NCBI GenBank assembly: GCA_012519315.1 | Contig: JAAYQM010000082.1 | Coordinates: 14,488 to 78,487, forward strand | From: Clostridiales bacterium | GTDB taxonomy: Bacteria > Bacillota > Clostridia > Oscillospirales > CAG-272 | DNA length: 64,000 bases | Reading direction: 5' to 3' | Shown here: piece after piece, positions 30,493 through 41,367 of the stretch | Layout of the letters: each line of letters starts with the position of its first letter | Position numbering within the stretch: the stretch's first letter is position 1 | Program-made: the position numbers and the translations under genes | Notes under the pieces: model-generated | What the model was told of the DNA's origin: nothing | Databases searched by the model: none | What the model saw: only the letters and a program-made list of their open reading frames with translations

Positions 30493-31935
30493 ATGAAACC
30501 GAATTGCTCTATCGACCAAATCGAAGAAAAAATCGAGCAGGCTATATCCAGCCACAAAATGGAGATAAGGGGTGGCGTGCTTTTAGCTCTGTCTGGCGGG
30601 GCAGACTCGTGCGCGCTTCTCTATTACCTGCATAAAAGAGCGGAAACCGAGGGCTTTTATTTATCTGCCGCTCACTTAAATCACAAGATCAGAGGAGAAG
30701 AGGCAGACCGGGACCAACGCTTTTGCGAAGAAATATGTACCGAACTTTCGATTCCCCTTTATTGCCGAGTCGTGGACATTCCCGCCCTTTCTGCCAAAAC
30801 AGGAAGGGGAATCGAGGAGGTAGCCCGCTCTGAAAGATATCGTTTTTTTGATGATATTTTAGCTGAAAACAAAAATCTCGTTTGTGTTGCAACGGCCCAC
30901 ACCGCCAGCGATAATGCCGAAACGGTTCTTTTCAATTTGGTGCGTGGGAGCGGGACACGTGGTTTATCCGGTATTCCTCCTGTACGGGATCGAAAGATTA
31001 TCCGCCCTCTGATTAATTTGACAAGAGAGGAAATCCTTTTTTATTGTAGGGCAAATAATATCCGATTTATAAACGACAGTACAAATCTCGATACTCACTA
31101 TACTCGAAACTACATTAGAAGTGAGATTATTCCTCGTCTCACGCGCATTAACCCTTACCCCGAAAGGGCAATTGCCCGCACTTGTGCCGCTGCCCGACAG
31201 GATAATGAGTTTATCGAAGAATATGCAGCCGATTTTATGCAAAAGCACGGCATTCAGACCGAAGCTGCAATAGAATCTCTTGCCGCCCTTCATCCTGCCC
31301 CTTTGACAAGAGTTTTGGTGAAAATGCATGAAAAGGCTTGTCAGAGCTTATCCTCGGGAGGATGGGCAGATGCAAACAGTCCTCCTTCTTTAGAACAAAA
31401 GCATATAACAGCGTTGCTTGATTTATTGAAGCTAGCCCCTGACAGCTGCGGAATGCGGCGCATATCACTGCCGGGAGGAATATTTGCCCTTTGCGAGAGG
31501 GGACTTTTCTTCTTTGCCCCTGATGAGAGATTTTTTGAAAAAGATCAATTTCAACCTTTTTATCTTGAGTTCGGGCGTAATGATTTAGGGTCTTCGGGGG
31601 CAGCCTTATATTTGATAAGGCAGGATCACCCGGAAATTAAAAAAGAAATCGAAAATATTTACAAATTATTTATACACATTATTTTAAATTTTGATAGAAT
31701 AAATGGAAAGCTTTTTGTCCGTCGCCGGAAAAACGGAGACAGCTACCGTTTCGGCGGAAGGACACGGAAACTGAAAAAGCTGTTCAACGATGCCAAGATT
31801 CCCTTAGCCAAAAGGGATAATCTGCCTGTCCTTTGCGATGAGAGCGGGATTGTATGGGTGCCCGGTTTTGGTGTTCGAGACGATTGCACAATACAGGACG
31901 GCTGTGAACAGCTCCATATATATTATGTCTGCTGA
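30493..31935 (+). CDS. tilS: tRNA(Ile)-lysidine synthetase
   Basis: PP-loop LALSGGADSCALL, plus HLNHKIRGEEADRD. Confidence 0.9.
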   Translation: MKPNCSIDQIEEKIEQAISSHKMEIRGGVLLALSGGADSCALLYYLHKRAETEGFYLSAAHLNHKIRGEEADRDQRFCEEICTELSIPLYCRVVDIPALSAKTGRGIEEVARSERYRFFDDILAENKNLVCVATAHTASDNAETVLFNLVRGSGTRGLSGIPPVRDRKIIRPLINLTREEILFYCRANNIRFINDSTNLDTHYTRNYIRSEIIPRLTRINPYPERAIARTCAAARQDNEFIEEYAADFMQKHGIQTEAAIESLAALHPAPLTRVLVKMHEKACQSLSSGGWADANSPPSLEQKHITALLDLLKLAPDSCGMRRISLPGGIFALCERGLFFFAPDERFFEKDQFQPFYLEFGRNDLGSSGAALYLIRQDHPEIKKEIENIYKLFIHIILNFDRINGKLFVRRRKNGDSYRFGGRTRKLKKLFNDAKIPLAKRDNLPVLCDESGIVWVPGFGVRDDCTIQDGCEQLHIYYVC

Positions 31936-31972
31936 AAAGTTCAAATAAAAATATAACAAGGATTGTAGACAG

Positions 31973-32524
31973 ATGACGAACAAAGATGTTAAAAAAATTC
32001 TTGTAGGCAAAGCAGAGATTGATGCGATAACCACAAGAATAGCAGAGGAAATAGATAGAGACTATGCCGACAACAATAAAAAGCTCTTACTGCTCGGCAT
32101 ACTGAAGGGTTCAGTTGTTTTTATGGGCGACCTTATGAAGAAGCTCACAATCCCTGTGGAGATAGACTTTATGAAGGTATCCTCTTACGGGGCGGGGACG
32201 AAATCAAGCGGTCATGTCAATATTCTTCTTGACCTGCAGCGACCCGATATTAACACCTGCGATATCCTTATCGTTGAGGATATCATAGACAGCGGAAGGA
32301 CCCTTTCCTATCTTACCGACTATCTTACGCTTAAGGGGGCAAAAAGCGTTCGTACCTGTACGCTGCTTGACAAGCCGTCACGCCGCGAGGTTGACTTTAA
32401 CCCTGACTATGTCGGCGTTGAGATTCCTGATGAATTTGTTGTCGGATATGGTCTTGATTATAATGAAAAGTATCGCGCGCTTCCCTATGTCGGAGTTCTT
32501 GAGCCGCATGCTTATAACGATTAA
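31973..32524 (+). CDS. hpt: hypoxanthine phosphoribosyltransferase
   Basis: PRPP motif ILIVEDIIDSGRTLS. Sits in the tilS-hpt-ftsH synteny. Confidence 0.93.
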   Translation: MTNKDVKKILVGKAEIDAITTRIAEEIDRDYADNNKKLLLLGILKGSVVFMGDLMKKLTIPVEIDFMKVSSYGAGTKSSGHVNILLDLQRPDINTCDILIVEDIIDSGRTLSYLTDYLTLKGAKSVRTCTLLDKPSRREVDFNPDYVGVEIPDEFVVGYGLDYNEKYRALPYVGVLEPHAYND

Positions 32525-32689
32525 AGCTGTAAACTAGTGGTAAATAGACAGATTATAAATAGAGTAAATAAATTTACCGCAATATATATAATACTATATA
32601 GAATTAAGCAAATGACGGCAGCTCTGCCGATCACATAATGGCAAACCTGTGTGCCCGGCAGACGGCACGGAAAGGCATGGTTCTTTTTA

Positions 32690-34738
32690 ATGAAGAATAA
32701 TTTTAAAATTATTATCTTTTATATTGTTTTTATAGGTATCATTCTAGTTGTAACGGCAACCCTTTTCAACCAGATGGATGTTGAAGAGTTCACATATAGC
32801 GATATTCCACAGCTATTTAAAGAAGAAAAGGTCAAATCTTTTGAAATAGATAAAAAATACTACCTTATCTTAAACGTCCGAACGGTCAATTCTGACGGCA
32901 GTGAGGGCGAAAAGACCATTCAATACCGGCTTAGCGAAGTTAGTCTTTCGGTGTTCTGGAATGAGTGCGGCGAGCTTATTCGTGAGCAATATGATGCCGG
33001 AATAATCGAAAAATACGATTTTGCCGAACCGGTTGACCTTCCTTGGTGGATCAGCTTTTTGCCTTATGCCATATTAATAATTCTTTTCGTTGTCCTATGG
33101 TTCTATGTAATGAATCAGGCTGCCGGAAAGGGCGGAAAAATGACCTCCTTCGGCCGTGCGCGGGCGAAGCTTGGCTCAAATGAAAAGAAAAAGGTCTTCT
33201 TTCGTGATGTGGCAGGCGCTGAAGAAGAAAAGGAAGAGCTTAAGGAAGTTGTTGAGTTCTTGCGCAATCCCGATCATTTTCTCAAGCTGGGCGCCCGAAT
33301 TCCCCGCGGTGTGCTGCTTGTAGGTCCTCCCGGCACAGGAAAGACCCTGCTTGCAAAAGCAGTCGCCGGAGAGGCAGGAGTACCCTTCTATTCGATATCC
33401 GGTTCCGACTTTGTTGAGATGTATGTCGGTGTCGGCGCTTCCCGTGTGAGAGACTTGTTCGACACGGCAAAGAAAAATCCGGCCAGCATCATTTTTATTG
33501 ACGAAATAGACGCTGTGGGACGCCACAGAGGTGCCGGACTCGGCGGCGGTCACGACGAGAGGGAGCAGACCCTTAACCAGCTGCTTGTAGAGATGGACGG
33601 CTTTGGCAACAATGAGGGGGTTATAGTCATGGCAGCCACCAACCGCCCTGACATTCTCGACCCTGCATTGCTCCGCCCCGGGCGCTTTGATAGGCAAATT
33701 ACCGTTAATTATCCTGATATAAAAGGGCGAGAAGAAATCCTGAAGGTCCATGCAAAGGGCAAGCCTTTTGAAGAGGATGTCGATTTGTCCGTTGTTGCAA
33801 AATCTACAGTCGGTTTTACCGGCGCCGATCTTGCGAATCTACTCAATGAGGCTGCTATCCTTGCAGCCCGCAAGCGTAAGCACCTTATTGGAATGAATGA
33901 TTTAGAAGAGGCTATGATCAAGGTCATCGTCGGTCCGCAAAAGCGCTCTAAGGTGGTTAACGAAAAAGAGAAAAAGCTTACTGCTTATCACGAGGCCGGT
34001 CACGCCATTGTTACAAAATTGATTAAGAGCGATGACCCTGTGCATCAGATCTCAATTATTCCAAGCGGACGCGCAGGAGGATATACCCTATCTCTGCCGA
34101 AGGAGGATCGCTCTTATATATCCAAGATTGATATGCAAAAGGAGATCGTCACACTCCTCGGTGGTCGCACTGCCGAGATGCTGATTCTTGGCGACATCTC
34201 CACCGGTGCATCAAATGACATTCAACGTGCTACCTCTATTGCACGCAATATGGTTACAAAATACGGTATGAGCGATAAGCTCGGTCCGATCGTATACGGC
34301 ACCGAACATCCCGGTGACGAGGTATTCCTCGGACGTGATTTCTCCTCTACGCGCAACTACTCCGAAGTTACAGCATCAGAGATTGACGCCGAGATTCGCG
34401 CTATAATTGATGATGCTTGCAGCACCGCAAAAACTCTCCTTGAAGAAAATATTGATAAGCTTCACTTTATCGCTGAATTCCTGATGAAAAACGAGACTAT
34501 GGACGAGGCGCAATTTGAGGCTGCCATGGGCGGAAACCCAACCTTTGAGGAGCTTGAGAATCTTGTTGCGGAAAAGAAGCGCAAGAGCGAGGAGGAAAAC
34601 AGGATTCGCGCCGAGTATGAGAAGAAGGAACTTGCCCGCAGGGAAAAGGAGGCGCGTAAAATATTCGAGGAAACTCACAACCTGCCTCCCCAGGATCAGC
34701 CTGACAAAAAAGATCCTCCACCGGAAATTAAAGATTAA
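32690..34738 (+). CDS. ftsH: ATP-dependent zinc metalloprotease FtsH
   Basis: Walker [17 protein letters not shown] region, and HEAGHA zinc motif. ATG at 32690 is preferred over the GTG at 32651. Confidence 0.96.
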   Translation: MKNNFKIIIFYIVFIGIILVVTATLFNQMDVEEFTYSDIPQLFKEEKVKSFEIDKKYYLILNVRTVNSDGSEGEKTIQYRLSEVSLSVFWNECGELIREQYDAGIIEKYDFAEPVDLPWWISFLPYAILIILFVVLWFYVMNQAAGKGGKMTSFGRARAKLGSNEKKKVFFRDVAGAEEEKEELKEVVEFLRNPDHFLKLGARIPRGVLLVGPPGTGKTLLAKAVAGEAGVPFYSISGSDFVEMYVGVGASRVRDLFDTAKKNPASIIFIDEIDAVGRHRGAGLGGGHDEREQTLNQLLVEMDGFGNNEGVIVMAATNRPDILDPALLRPGRFDRQITVNYPDIKGREEILKVHAKGKPFEEDVDLSVVAKSTVGFTGADLANLLNEAAILAARKRKHLIGMNDLEEAMIKVIVGPQKRSKVVNEKEKKLTAYHEAGHAIVTKLIKSDDPVHQISIIPSGRAGGYTLSLPKEDRSYISKIDMQKEIVTLLGGRTAEMLILGDISTGASNDIQRATSIARNMVTKYGMSDKLGPIVYGTEHPGDEVFLGRDFSSTRNYSEVTASEIDAEIRAIIDDACSTAKTLLEENIDKLHFIAEFLMKNETMDEAQFEAAMGGNPTFEELENLVAEKKRKSEEENRIRAEYEKKELARREKEARKIFEETHNLPPQDQPDKKDPPPEIKD

Positions 34739-34790
34739 TGCATTTTACCGCAAAAGGCTCCGATTATTGAATTTCAATAATCGGAGCCTT

Positions 34791-34826
34791 GACCGCTGAC
34801 AGAGTTTTGTCAGCGGTCATTTTTTA
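34791..34826 (+). terminator. intrinsic terminator after ftsH
   Basis: GACCGCTGACAGAGTTTTGTCAGCGGTC followed by ATTTTTT. It is preceded by a second hairpin at 34756-34788. Confidence 0.85.
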
Positions 34827-34987
34827 TAGATAATCGAAGGATCTGTATTTTTATGACCGTCCTTATTCTCAAGATAATTCCGCATTATGCGGTTGATCGA
34901 ATATCACCTCCCGATTGCGGATCAAAAAGACACCTTTTTAATTATTATAAATATAATTATATTATAGTATTGTTTTGGGAGGATTAT

Positions 34988-35527
34988 ATGGATAAAAATG
35001 AAATTTCTCAGGAAATGGTTTATCGGTTGTTATCAGAAATGGTAGCAGAGCTTCAATATTTATTTGACGAGTCTTTATTAGTCAGATATCGTGCAATGCG
35101 CCGTCTTAGCGAAAAATTCAACATTTTGCGCAGCTATTCGGACGTTATCCGAAGGATGAATCAAAGCTATTTTGAGGACCATTACGGACAAATCCAAATG
35201 ACACAAATGCAGATGCCGGGCAACCCGGAGATAAATGAGAACCAACCGGAGTTTATTCCTGAGAAACCGTCGAATGGGGAAAAAACATTTACCTTAACCG
35301 AGCTTTCTCATTATAACGGAAAGGACGGAATGCCTGCCTATGTGGCCTATAGAAATGTTGTCTATGATTTAACCAATTTGCCAAGATGGATTTTCGGGCG
35401 GCATTTTGGATTGGTTGCCGGGCGTGATCTTACGATACAATATGATGCCTGCCATGTAGGGCGACCTACTCTTGATCGAGTGCCCGTTGTCGGGAGGCTT
35501 GTTCCTGATTTTCCGGAGATAGAATAA
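34988..35527 (+). CDS. cytochrome b5-like heme/steroid-binding domain protein
   Basis: C-terminal FTLTELSHYNGKDGMPAYVAYRNVVYDLTN...GRHFGLVAGRDLT. Start at the ATG at 34988 with a GGGAGG SD. Confidence 0.65.
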   Translation: MDKNEISQEMVYRLLSEMVAELQYLFDESLLVRYRAMRRLSEKFNILRSYSDVIRRMNQSYFEDHYGQIQMTQMQMPGNPEINENQPEFIPEKPSNGEKTFTLTELSHYNGKDGMPAYVAYRNVVYDLTNLPRWIFGRHFGLVAGRDLTIQYDACHVGRPTLDRVPVVGRLVPDFPEIE

Positions 35528-37240
35528 TCAGAACTCACGCATCAGATTAAAGGATTGAATGAGATTTAACCGTCCGTATCCCCATTGATTGTTCGGATAA
35601 ATCACATTGTCGCTGCGGGAGCAGCCCCGAATCAAGAAGGCTTTTATCTGATAGGTTCCGATTGTAAGATCGTTCCCCTCCACAATACCCCATTGCAGCA
35701 TCAGTGCACCGGCGCCGGCTGTTATTGCAGCCGCAACGCTGGTGCCGCTCATTACTCCTGTCTCCGCAGGAAATGGCACGGCACCGGTGACATTAACGCC
35801 GGGCGCCGTCAGGTCCGGCGACATTTCAGGCAGCCTTGTCGGTCCCCAGGATGAATCGCTAAAGAGGCTGTTGTTTAACGAGTTGTATGCTCCACAGGTG
35901 ATAACTCCCACCGCTGTGGCAGGAACAACGATGGTGTAATTTGGTGTTGGAGTGAGAAATTCCACATTGGGGGAGACAAATCCCGTTATAGGGAGCCATG
36001 CATGGTAGGTTCCGTTCAATACAATATCGCCAAAGACGTTGATCGTCCATATGCCGGGCGTTGCATTCAAAATCTTTACGGTAGTCTCCTGTCCGCCGCT
36101 CCCCTCAAGGGGGAAAAAATATTCCACTATAACTGTTGCTCTCTCAAGAACCAGCCTTGATTGGAGGGTTGATCCCGGCTTTGCCGGAACCCGTCCTATT
36201 GTTTCGCCGGTAGGGGATCTTATTGAAACGGATATGCGGTCGGAGGCTGAGTTTATTATTGTTATCAAAACATTTCCGGCATTCTCTCCCATTCTGATGT
36301 CAATGCTCTGCACATCCCCGGTATTCTCAAGGACACCCTGGGTATGATGTCTTGCCCGGCTTTCGTTTCCTGCTGCGGCTGTCAGGCATAGTCCTCGCAA
36401 ATTGGAAATGGAGCTGAGATATTCCTCAAACACACTAAATCCATCATGCCCACCGAGATTAGTTCCAAGCCCGATACAGACAGAGACCGGACGGCCAAGT
36501 TCGGTCGCTTTTCTCAATATGTACTCAATTCCGATCATAACCGATGTGGATTCGAAGGCATTTTCCTGTTCAGGCGGTATCAGATATTTTTCAAGATAAT
36601 AGGATCGTGCTTTTCGCAGCTTTACTACTATTAATTCTGCATCGGGCGCGGCTCCGATATTTGTGCCGATCTCCCTTCCGGCCGCCACCGAGGCTAAAAA
36701 GGTGCCGTGCCCGACGGTGTCGCGATGAGGAACGATTTCATAAGGATCGGGGGCTTGAAGCGCTTGGTTAATCTGTTCGTTGGTATACTCTGTTCCCTCA
36801 AAAAAACCCTCAGGAATATTATCGTTAATTGTCTGGTCGAAAATATACAGTATCTTACTCGTTCCGTCCTCATAGATAAAGGAAGGATTGGTATAATCTA
36901 TTCCGGTATCGACAATACCTACAATGGTTCCTCGTCCGCGCAGATCGAGAAAGGGCTGCTCCTGAACCTGTGTAATACCCGCTGATTCAAGGTTAGCCTT
37001 ATCCATCAGACCAAGCACCACCGGAGCGGTTCTTAAAACACCGGCCCCGAGCTCTCGGACAAAAGTATCAACAAGATTTCTTGGAAGATAGCCGACAACA
37101 AATCTTCCGTACAACGTTTCCGCTAAGCGGATACCGGGAAACCTCCTCATTATTACATCAAGCCGCTCGCTGCGTCTTGTGATAAAATCTATCGTATTCG
37201 GATCAAGAATAAAATCTAAAAACTCATTACCGTTATTCAT
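35528..37240 (-). CDS. Csp-type germination subtilisin (S8), third of three tandem copies
   Basis: No signal peptide and an N-terminal prodomain. Catalytic triad is intact: GIVDTGIDYTNP (D), VGHGTFLASVAAG (H), MSGTSVAAAITAG (S). Long identical runs with the 37305..39005 copy. Confidence 0.8.
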   Translation of the reverse strand: MNNGNEFLDFILDPNTIDFITRRSERLDVIMRRFPGIRLAETLYGRFVVGYLPRNLVDTFVRELGAGVLRTAPVVLGLMDKANLESAGITQVQEQPFLDLRGRGTIVGIVDTGIDYTNPSFIYEDGTSKILYIFDQTINDNIPEGFFEGTEYTNEQINQALQAPDPYEIVPHRDTVGHGTFLASVAAGREIGTNIGAAPDAELIVVKLRKARSYYLEKYLIPPEQENAFESTSVMIGIEYILRKATELGRPVSVCIGLGTNLGGHDGFSVFEEYLSSISNLRGLCLTAAAGNESRARHHTQGVLENTGDVQSIDIRMGENAGNVLITIINSASDRISVSIRSPTGETIGRVPAKPGSTLQSRLVLERATVIVEYFFPLEGSGGQETTVKILNATPGIWTINVFGDIVLNGTYHAWLPITGFVSPNVEFLTPTPNYTIVVPATAVGVITCGAYNSLNNSLFSDSSWGPTRLPEMSPDLTAPGVNVTGAVPFPAETGVMSGTSVAAAITAGAGALMLQWGIVEGNDLTIGTYQIKAFLIRGCSRSDNVIYPNNQWGYGRLNLIQSFNLMREF

Positions 37241-37304
37241 AGAAAGTTCAACATATTATTCAGATGATGAATAATCCCTCCGTGATTTATTGGCAGTATT
37301 CTTC

Positions 37305-39005
37305 TTATCCTATCGTACTCATTAAAACAAAGGTTTGAATCAGGTTTAATCGCCCATATCCCCATTGTGTGTTAGGATAATTGATTGTCACATCGCGATT
37401 GCAGCCCCTGATCATATAAGCTTTAATCTGGTAGGTGCTTATAAGAGGCTCGTTCCCTTCAACAATTCCCCATTGCAGCATGAGAGCAGCGGCGCCCGCC
37501 GTAATTGCTGCGGCGACGCTGGTTCCGCTCATATCCCCGGGTCCGGTAGGAAACTCTCCTGTTACATCAACGCCCGGAGCGGTAAAATCGGGCAGTATCG
37601 CCGGCAGCCTTGAAGGTCCCCATGATGTATCGGAATAAAGGCTGTTGTTTGCGCTGTTGTAAGCACCAACGGTAATAACTCCCACCGCTGTACCGGGTAC
37701 TACTATCGTATAGTTTGGGGTAGGGGATGTAAACTCCACATTCGGCGACACAAAGCCGGTAATGGGCAGCCATGCATGATAGGTGCCGTCCAGCACAATA
37801 TCCCCATATACAGTTATCGTCCAAAGCCCGGGTGTCGCATTTAAAAGCTTAACGATGCTCAACTGTCCGCCGCTGCCGTCCAGTGGGAAATAATATTCAA
37901 CAATCACTGTTGCTCGTTCAAGGACAAGCCTCGACAGATAGACCGTTTCGGTTTTTGAGGGCACACGACCGACCGCTTCTCCCGCGGGAGATCGTATTGA
38001 CAGTGACAGCTTATCCGAACCTCCGTTTACAATCGAAACAAATATATCGCCGGCATTTTCTCCAACACGAATATCGATATTTTGCGTGTCTCCCTCCCTT
38101 TCTAAAAAGCCTTGGGTATGATGTCTTGCCTGGCTTTCGTTTCCGGCAGCTACAACAAGGCTGACACCAGAAAGGTTGCTCAATGATGTCAGATATTCCT
38201 CAAATATGCTAAAACCGTCATGAGTCCCGAAATTGGTCCCAAGTCCAAGACAGATTGATACCGGGCGGCGAAGCTCTTGCGCTCTTCTTAAAATATATTC
38301 AAGCCCCATCATCACCGAGCTTGATTCATAAGCGTTTTCCTGATCGGGCGGTATTAGATATTTTTCGAGATAATAAGGTCTGGCCTTTCGCAGTTTAACT
38401 ACAATTAAATCGGCATCGGGCGCCGCTCCGACCCGATCATCCTGCGGACGCCCCGCCGCTACAGAGGCTAAAAAGGTTCCGTGACCGACATTGTCTCTAT
38501 GGGGAACGATTTCATACGGATTGGGAGATCGCAAAGCTTCGTTGATTTGCTCATTTGAATATTCTCTGCCAAAGATAAATGATGCTTCCTGATCGCCTCT
38601 TTCTGTTTGGTCTAATATGTATTGAATCTTGCTTGTTCCATCCTCTCTGATAAAAGCAGGATTGGTGTAATCGATACCGGTATCTACGATGCCTACCAAG
38701 GTATTGGTGCCCCGAAGATTCAAAAAGGTCTGTTCCTGAACGCTGATGATCCCCGCCGACTCAAGATCCCCTCTGTCGGTAAGCCCTAAGACAACAGGCT
38801 CAATATCAACAAGACCCCCGATATTCTGAATCAAATCCTCGACATCCTGTCTTCGAACAAAGCCGAGAAAAAACCTTTCGTATATGGACGGAACAACAAA
38901 CACATCGGGAACCAGACGTTGAAAATCCTGATAAATCCTGCTGCTTCTTGCAATGAAATCCACATAATCGGGGTCGAAAAAGAAATCATGGTTTTGAGTG
39001 TTCAT
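37305..39005 (-). CDS. Csp-type germination subtilisin (S8), second copy
   Basis: Triad GIVDTGIDYTNP / VGHGTFLASVAAG / MSGTSVAAAITAG. AGGAGGG SD present. Confidence 0.8.
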   Translation of the reverse strand: MNTQNHDFFFDPDYVDFIARSSRIYQDFQRLVPDVFVVPSIYERFFLGFVRRQDVEDLIQNIGGLVDIEPVVLGLTDRGDLESAGIISVQEQTFLNLRGTNTLVGIVDTGIDYTNPAFIREDGTSKIQYILDQTERGDQEASFIFGREYSNEQINEALRSPNPYEIVPHRDNVGHGTFLASVAAGRPQDDRVGAAPDADLIVVKLRKARPYYLEKYLIPPDQENAYESSSVMMGLEYILRRAQELRRPVSICLGLGTNFGTHDGFSIFEEYLTSLSNLSGVSLVVAAGNESQARHHTQGFLEREGDTQNIDIRVGENAGDIFVSIVNGGSDKLSLSIRSPAGEAVGRVPSKTETVYLSRLVLERATVIVEYYFPLDGSGGQLSIVKLLNATPGLWTITVYGDIVLDGTYHAWLPITGFVSPNVEFTSPTPNYTIVVPGTAVGVITVGAYNSANNSLYSDTSWGPSRLPAILPDFTAPGVDVTGEFPTGPGDMSGTSVAAAITAGAAALMLQWGIVEGNEPLISTYQIKAYMIRGCNRDVTINYPNTQWGYGRLNLIQTFVLMSTIG

Positions 39006-39082
39006 AGATCACCCTCCTGATGCTTCAACATCAACAGATTTGCCCTGATAAATCATACAATTCGGCTGTATTGAGTCTGCCG

Positions 39083-40789
39083 TCAAATGCTCAACCCACC
39101 GCGGACGTATGCAATCAGATATTGCATAGACCTATTTAAGCACAGCCTGCCATAGCCCCAAATCGGATTTGGATATTGTATGCCGGCTGTGCGGGTTGCC
39201 CCCTTGCGAAGGAAGGCCTTTAAACGCTGACCGTATAAGAAAGGGTCGTTCCCCCTGACAATTCCCCATTCCATCATGAGAGCCGCTGCTCCGGTGACAA
39301 AAGGAGCCGCCATGCTTGTGCCGCTGAAGGTGTCATATCCTCCGCCGGCTCTTGTTGTAAGCACCCCCACCGCGGGGGCAACAATATCGGGCTTGACATA
39401 AATATTGCTACGGGTATATCCTCTGCCGGTAAACTCGGCACTGGTACCAAGGAGGGCATTATATCCCCCTACCGAAATAACCCTCATAGCGGTTGAGGGC
39501 AGAGTCAGGGTTACATCTACGCTTGGAACCAAAAATGAGGTTTCTCTTGTTATATCTTCAATGGTCTGCATCCACACATCAAAACGACCGTCGACAATAT
39601 TCTCTCCACGAACGATCAGATTCCATATTCCGTTTATAACAGGTTCTCCATCTCCCTCAAGCAAAATAAATATTTCCTGATTAAAGTTATAATGGGTTGG
39701 CTGCCCGTATATAACGGTTATATTAACCCCGTCAACAAAGGCTCTTGTCAACCTTTGTGTCGCGCGTATGGTTCCCGTGGATCTGCCGCTGGGGGCCACA
39801 AGCTCCAGCGTAAAGGTGTCCACGAAGTTTTTCCACATGACAAGATACAGATGGGGCAAATTTTGTGTGGTGACAAATTCCACATTAACAACTTGACCCT
39901 GCTGGACAACATCAGAAAAATGATGTGCAGCGGCTCCTTCGTTGCCTGTCGCTACACAGATGACATTTTTCCAGACCTCTGACATTGCATCGATGTATGT
40001 TTCAAACAGGGAATCTCCGTCATGAGAGCCGTTATTTGTACCGTAACTGAGATTCATGCATACCGGCATATTGAGTGCCAAGGCCTTATCCACGATATAT
40101 TTTATTCCGCGCATAACTTCGGTTGTGCGGGAGAAATTGATATTCCCTGTGTTACCGAGCTTTACAACAATGATTGACGCCTCAGGTGCGACGCCTACCT
40201 CCCGTCTCGCACTTGATCTCCCGTTTCCGGCAGCAATTCCGGTAACCGCCGTTCCGTGGCCGACAGGGTCAATGCTCGGTACAATTCTGCTGGGCTGAAT
40301 AGAGGCAAGTGCCTCATTAATCTGACTGTTTGTGTATTCGGTACCGCTTCTGAAGCCTGCAGGCGGCGCACCCGGAATAGTCTGATCCCAAATATAAAGA
40401 ATGCGGCTGGTTCCGTCATCATTTCTAAAATCCCAATGTGTGTAGTCAATGCCGGAATCTATAATTCCAACAATGACGCCGGAACCGCTTAACCCAAGAC
40501 CGCTTGCACTCTGCACTTGCGGAATGCAGACTCTGGTTAAGCTCTCTGTAAGAAAATATTTCAATGTTTTGGGAAGCTCTATGTATTCAATCTCTCTATA
40601 ATCAAACAATTGCTGAACCTTCTCGACTGTCAATGTCAAAATAGCATATCCCTCGCCCAGAATCTCAACATCGACCCCGAGGTCGACTCCTACTATCATA
40701 ATATCTCCGCTATATTTTACAATAACCTCAAGCAGATTCTCGCCAATTTGAACACCGGGCTCTATGCTGCGAAGCAATATATTGTCCAC
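39083..40789 (-). CDS. Csp-type germination subtilisin (S8), first and most divergent copy
   Basis: Triad GIIDSGIDYTHWDF / VGHGTAVTGIAAG / FSGTSMAAPFVTG. AGGAGGAG SD. No signal peptide. Confidence 0.8.
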   Translation of the reverse strand: MDNILLRSIEPGVQIGENLLEVIVKYSGDIMIVGVDLGVDVEILGEGYAILTLTVEKVQQLFDYREIEYIELPKTLKYFLTESLTRVCIPQVQSASGLGLSGSGVIVGIIDSGIDYTHWDFRNDDGTSRILYIWDQTIPGAPPAGFRSGTEYTNSQINEALASIQPSRIVPSIDPVGHGTAVTGIAAGNGRSSARREVGVAPEASIIVVKLGNTGNINFSRTTEVMRGIKYIVDKALALNMPVCMNLSYGTNNGSHDGDSLFETYIDAMSEVWKNVICVATGNEGAAAHHFSDVVQQGQVVNVEFVTTQNLPHLYLVMWKNFVDTFTLELVAPSGRSTGTIRATQRLTRAFVDGVNITVIYGQPTHYNFNQEIFILLEGDGEPVINGIWNLIVRGENIVDGRFDVWMQTIEDITRETSFLVPSVDVTLTLPSTAMRVISVGGYNALLGTSAEFTGRGYTRSNIYVKPDIVAPAVGVLTTRAGGGYDTFSGTSMAAPFVTGAAALMMEWGIVRGNDPFLYGQRLKAFLRKGATRTAGIQYPNPIWGYGRLCLNRSMQYLIAYVRGGLSI

Positions 40790-40798
40790 ATTCTCCTC

Positions 40799-41077
40799 CT
40801 AAACTATGCAATCGATTGATTCTGCAGAAAAACTCGTATATTTCCATCCATAATCGATCCACATATACCCGGAAACAATGCCCGACGAATATTCGGTGGG
40901 GTACATCCAGAAAGCGGGTCCGCTTTTAATCCAGACATAGATATAATATCCGATATACTGCCGGATCAATGAAGACCCCGTGTCCGCAAGACAGGGACAA
41001 TAGGAAGGTGTTGACCGCGGAGGAGGAGTGGCAGGCTTTGACTTGTTTGGGTTCCTTCTGGTATTGTTAAAAAGCAT
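40799..41077 (-). CDS. small Trp/Tyr-rich hypothetical protein leading the csp operon
   Basis: 92 aa. AAGGAG SD 8 nt upstream of the ATG. The stop lies 9 nt before the first csp start. Basic Pro-rich N-terminus, then YIYVWIKSGPAFWMYPTEY...GYMWIDYGWKY. Confidence 0.6.
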   Translation of the reverse strand: MLFNNTRRNPNKSKPATPPPRSTPSYCPCLADTGSSLIRQYIGYYIYVWIKSGPAFWMYPTEYSSGIVSGYMWIDYGWKYTSFSAESIDCIV

Positions 41078-41367
41078 TCAAGCATCTCCTTGCAAGCTTA
41101 TGAAATTGATATTAGGAAAATCTGCATATATTTTCATTATATGAATTAAGTGAAATAAAATGACATTGAAAAAAGTGCAAACTTAAATAATATGCAAAAT
41201 TCAAGCGATTAAATCTTGTACATATAAATAAATTTACATTATTTAGAAAAACAGCGGTTTTTTGTATCAATTTTTACAGGTAAAAACATATAATGTATAA
41301 TAAATGACTTAAATTTGAGTGGGGCAGGCATCTGTTTTCCTGCCGTGTATATATAAGGAGGAGAGGA

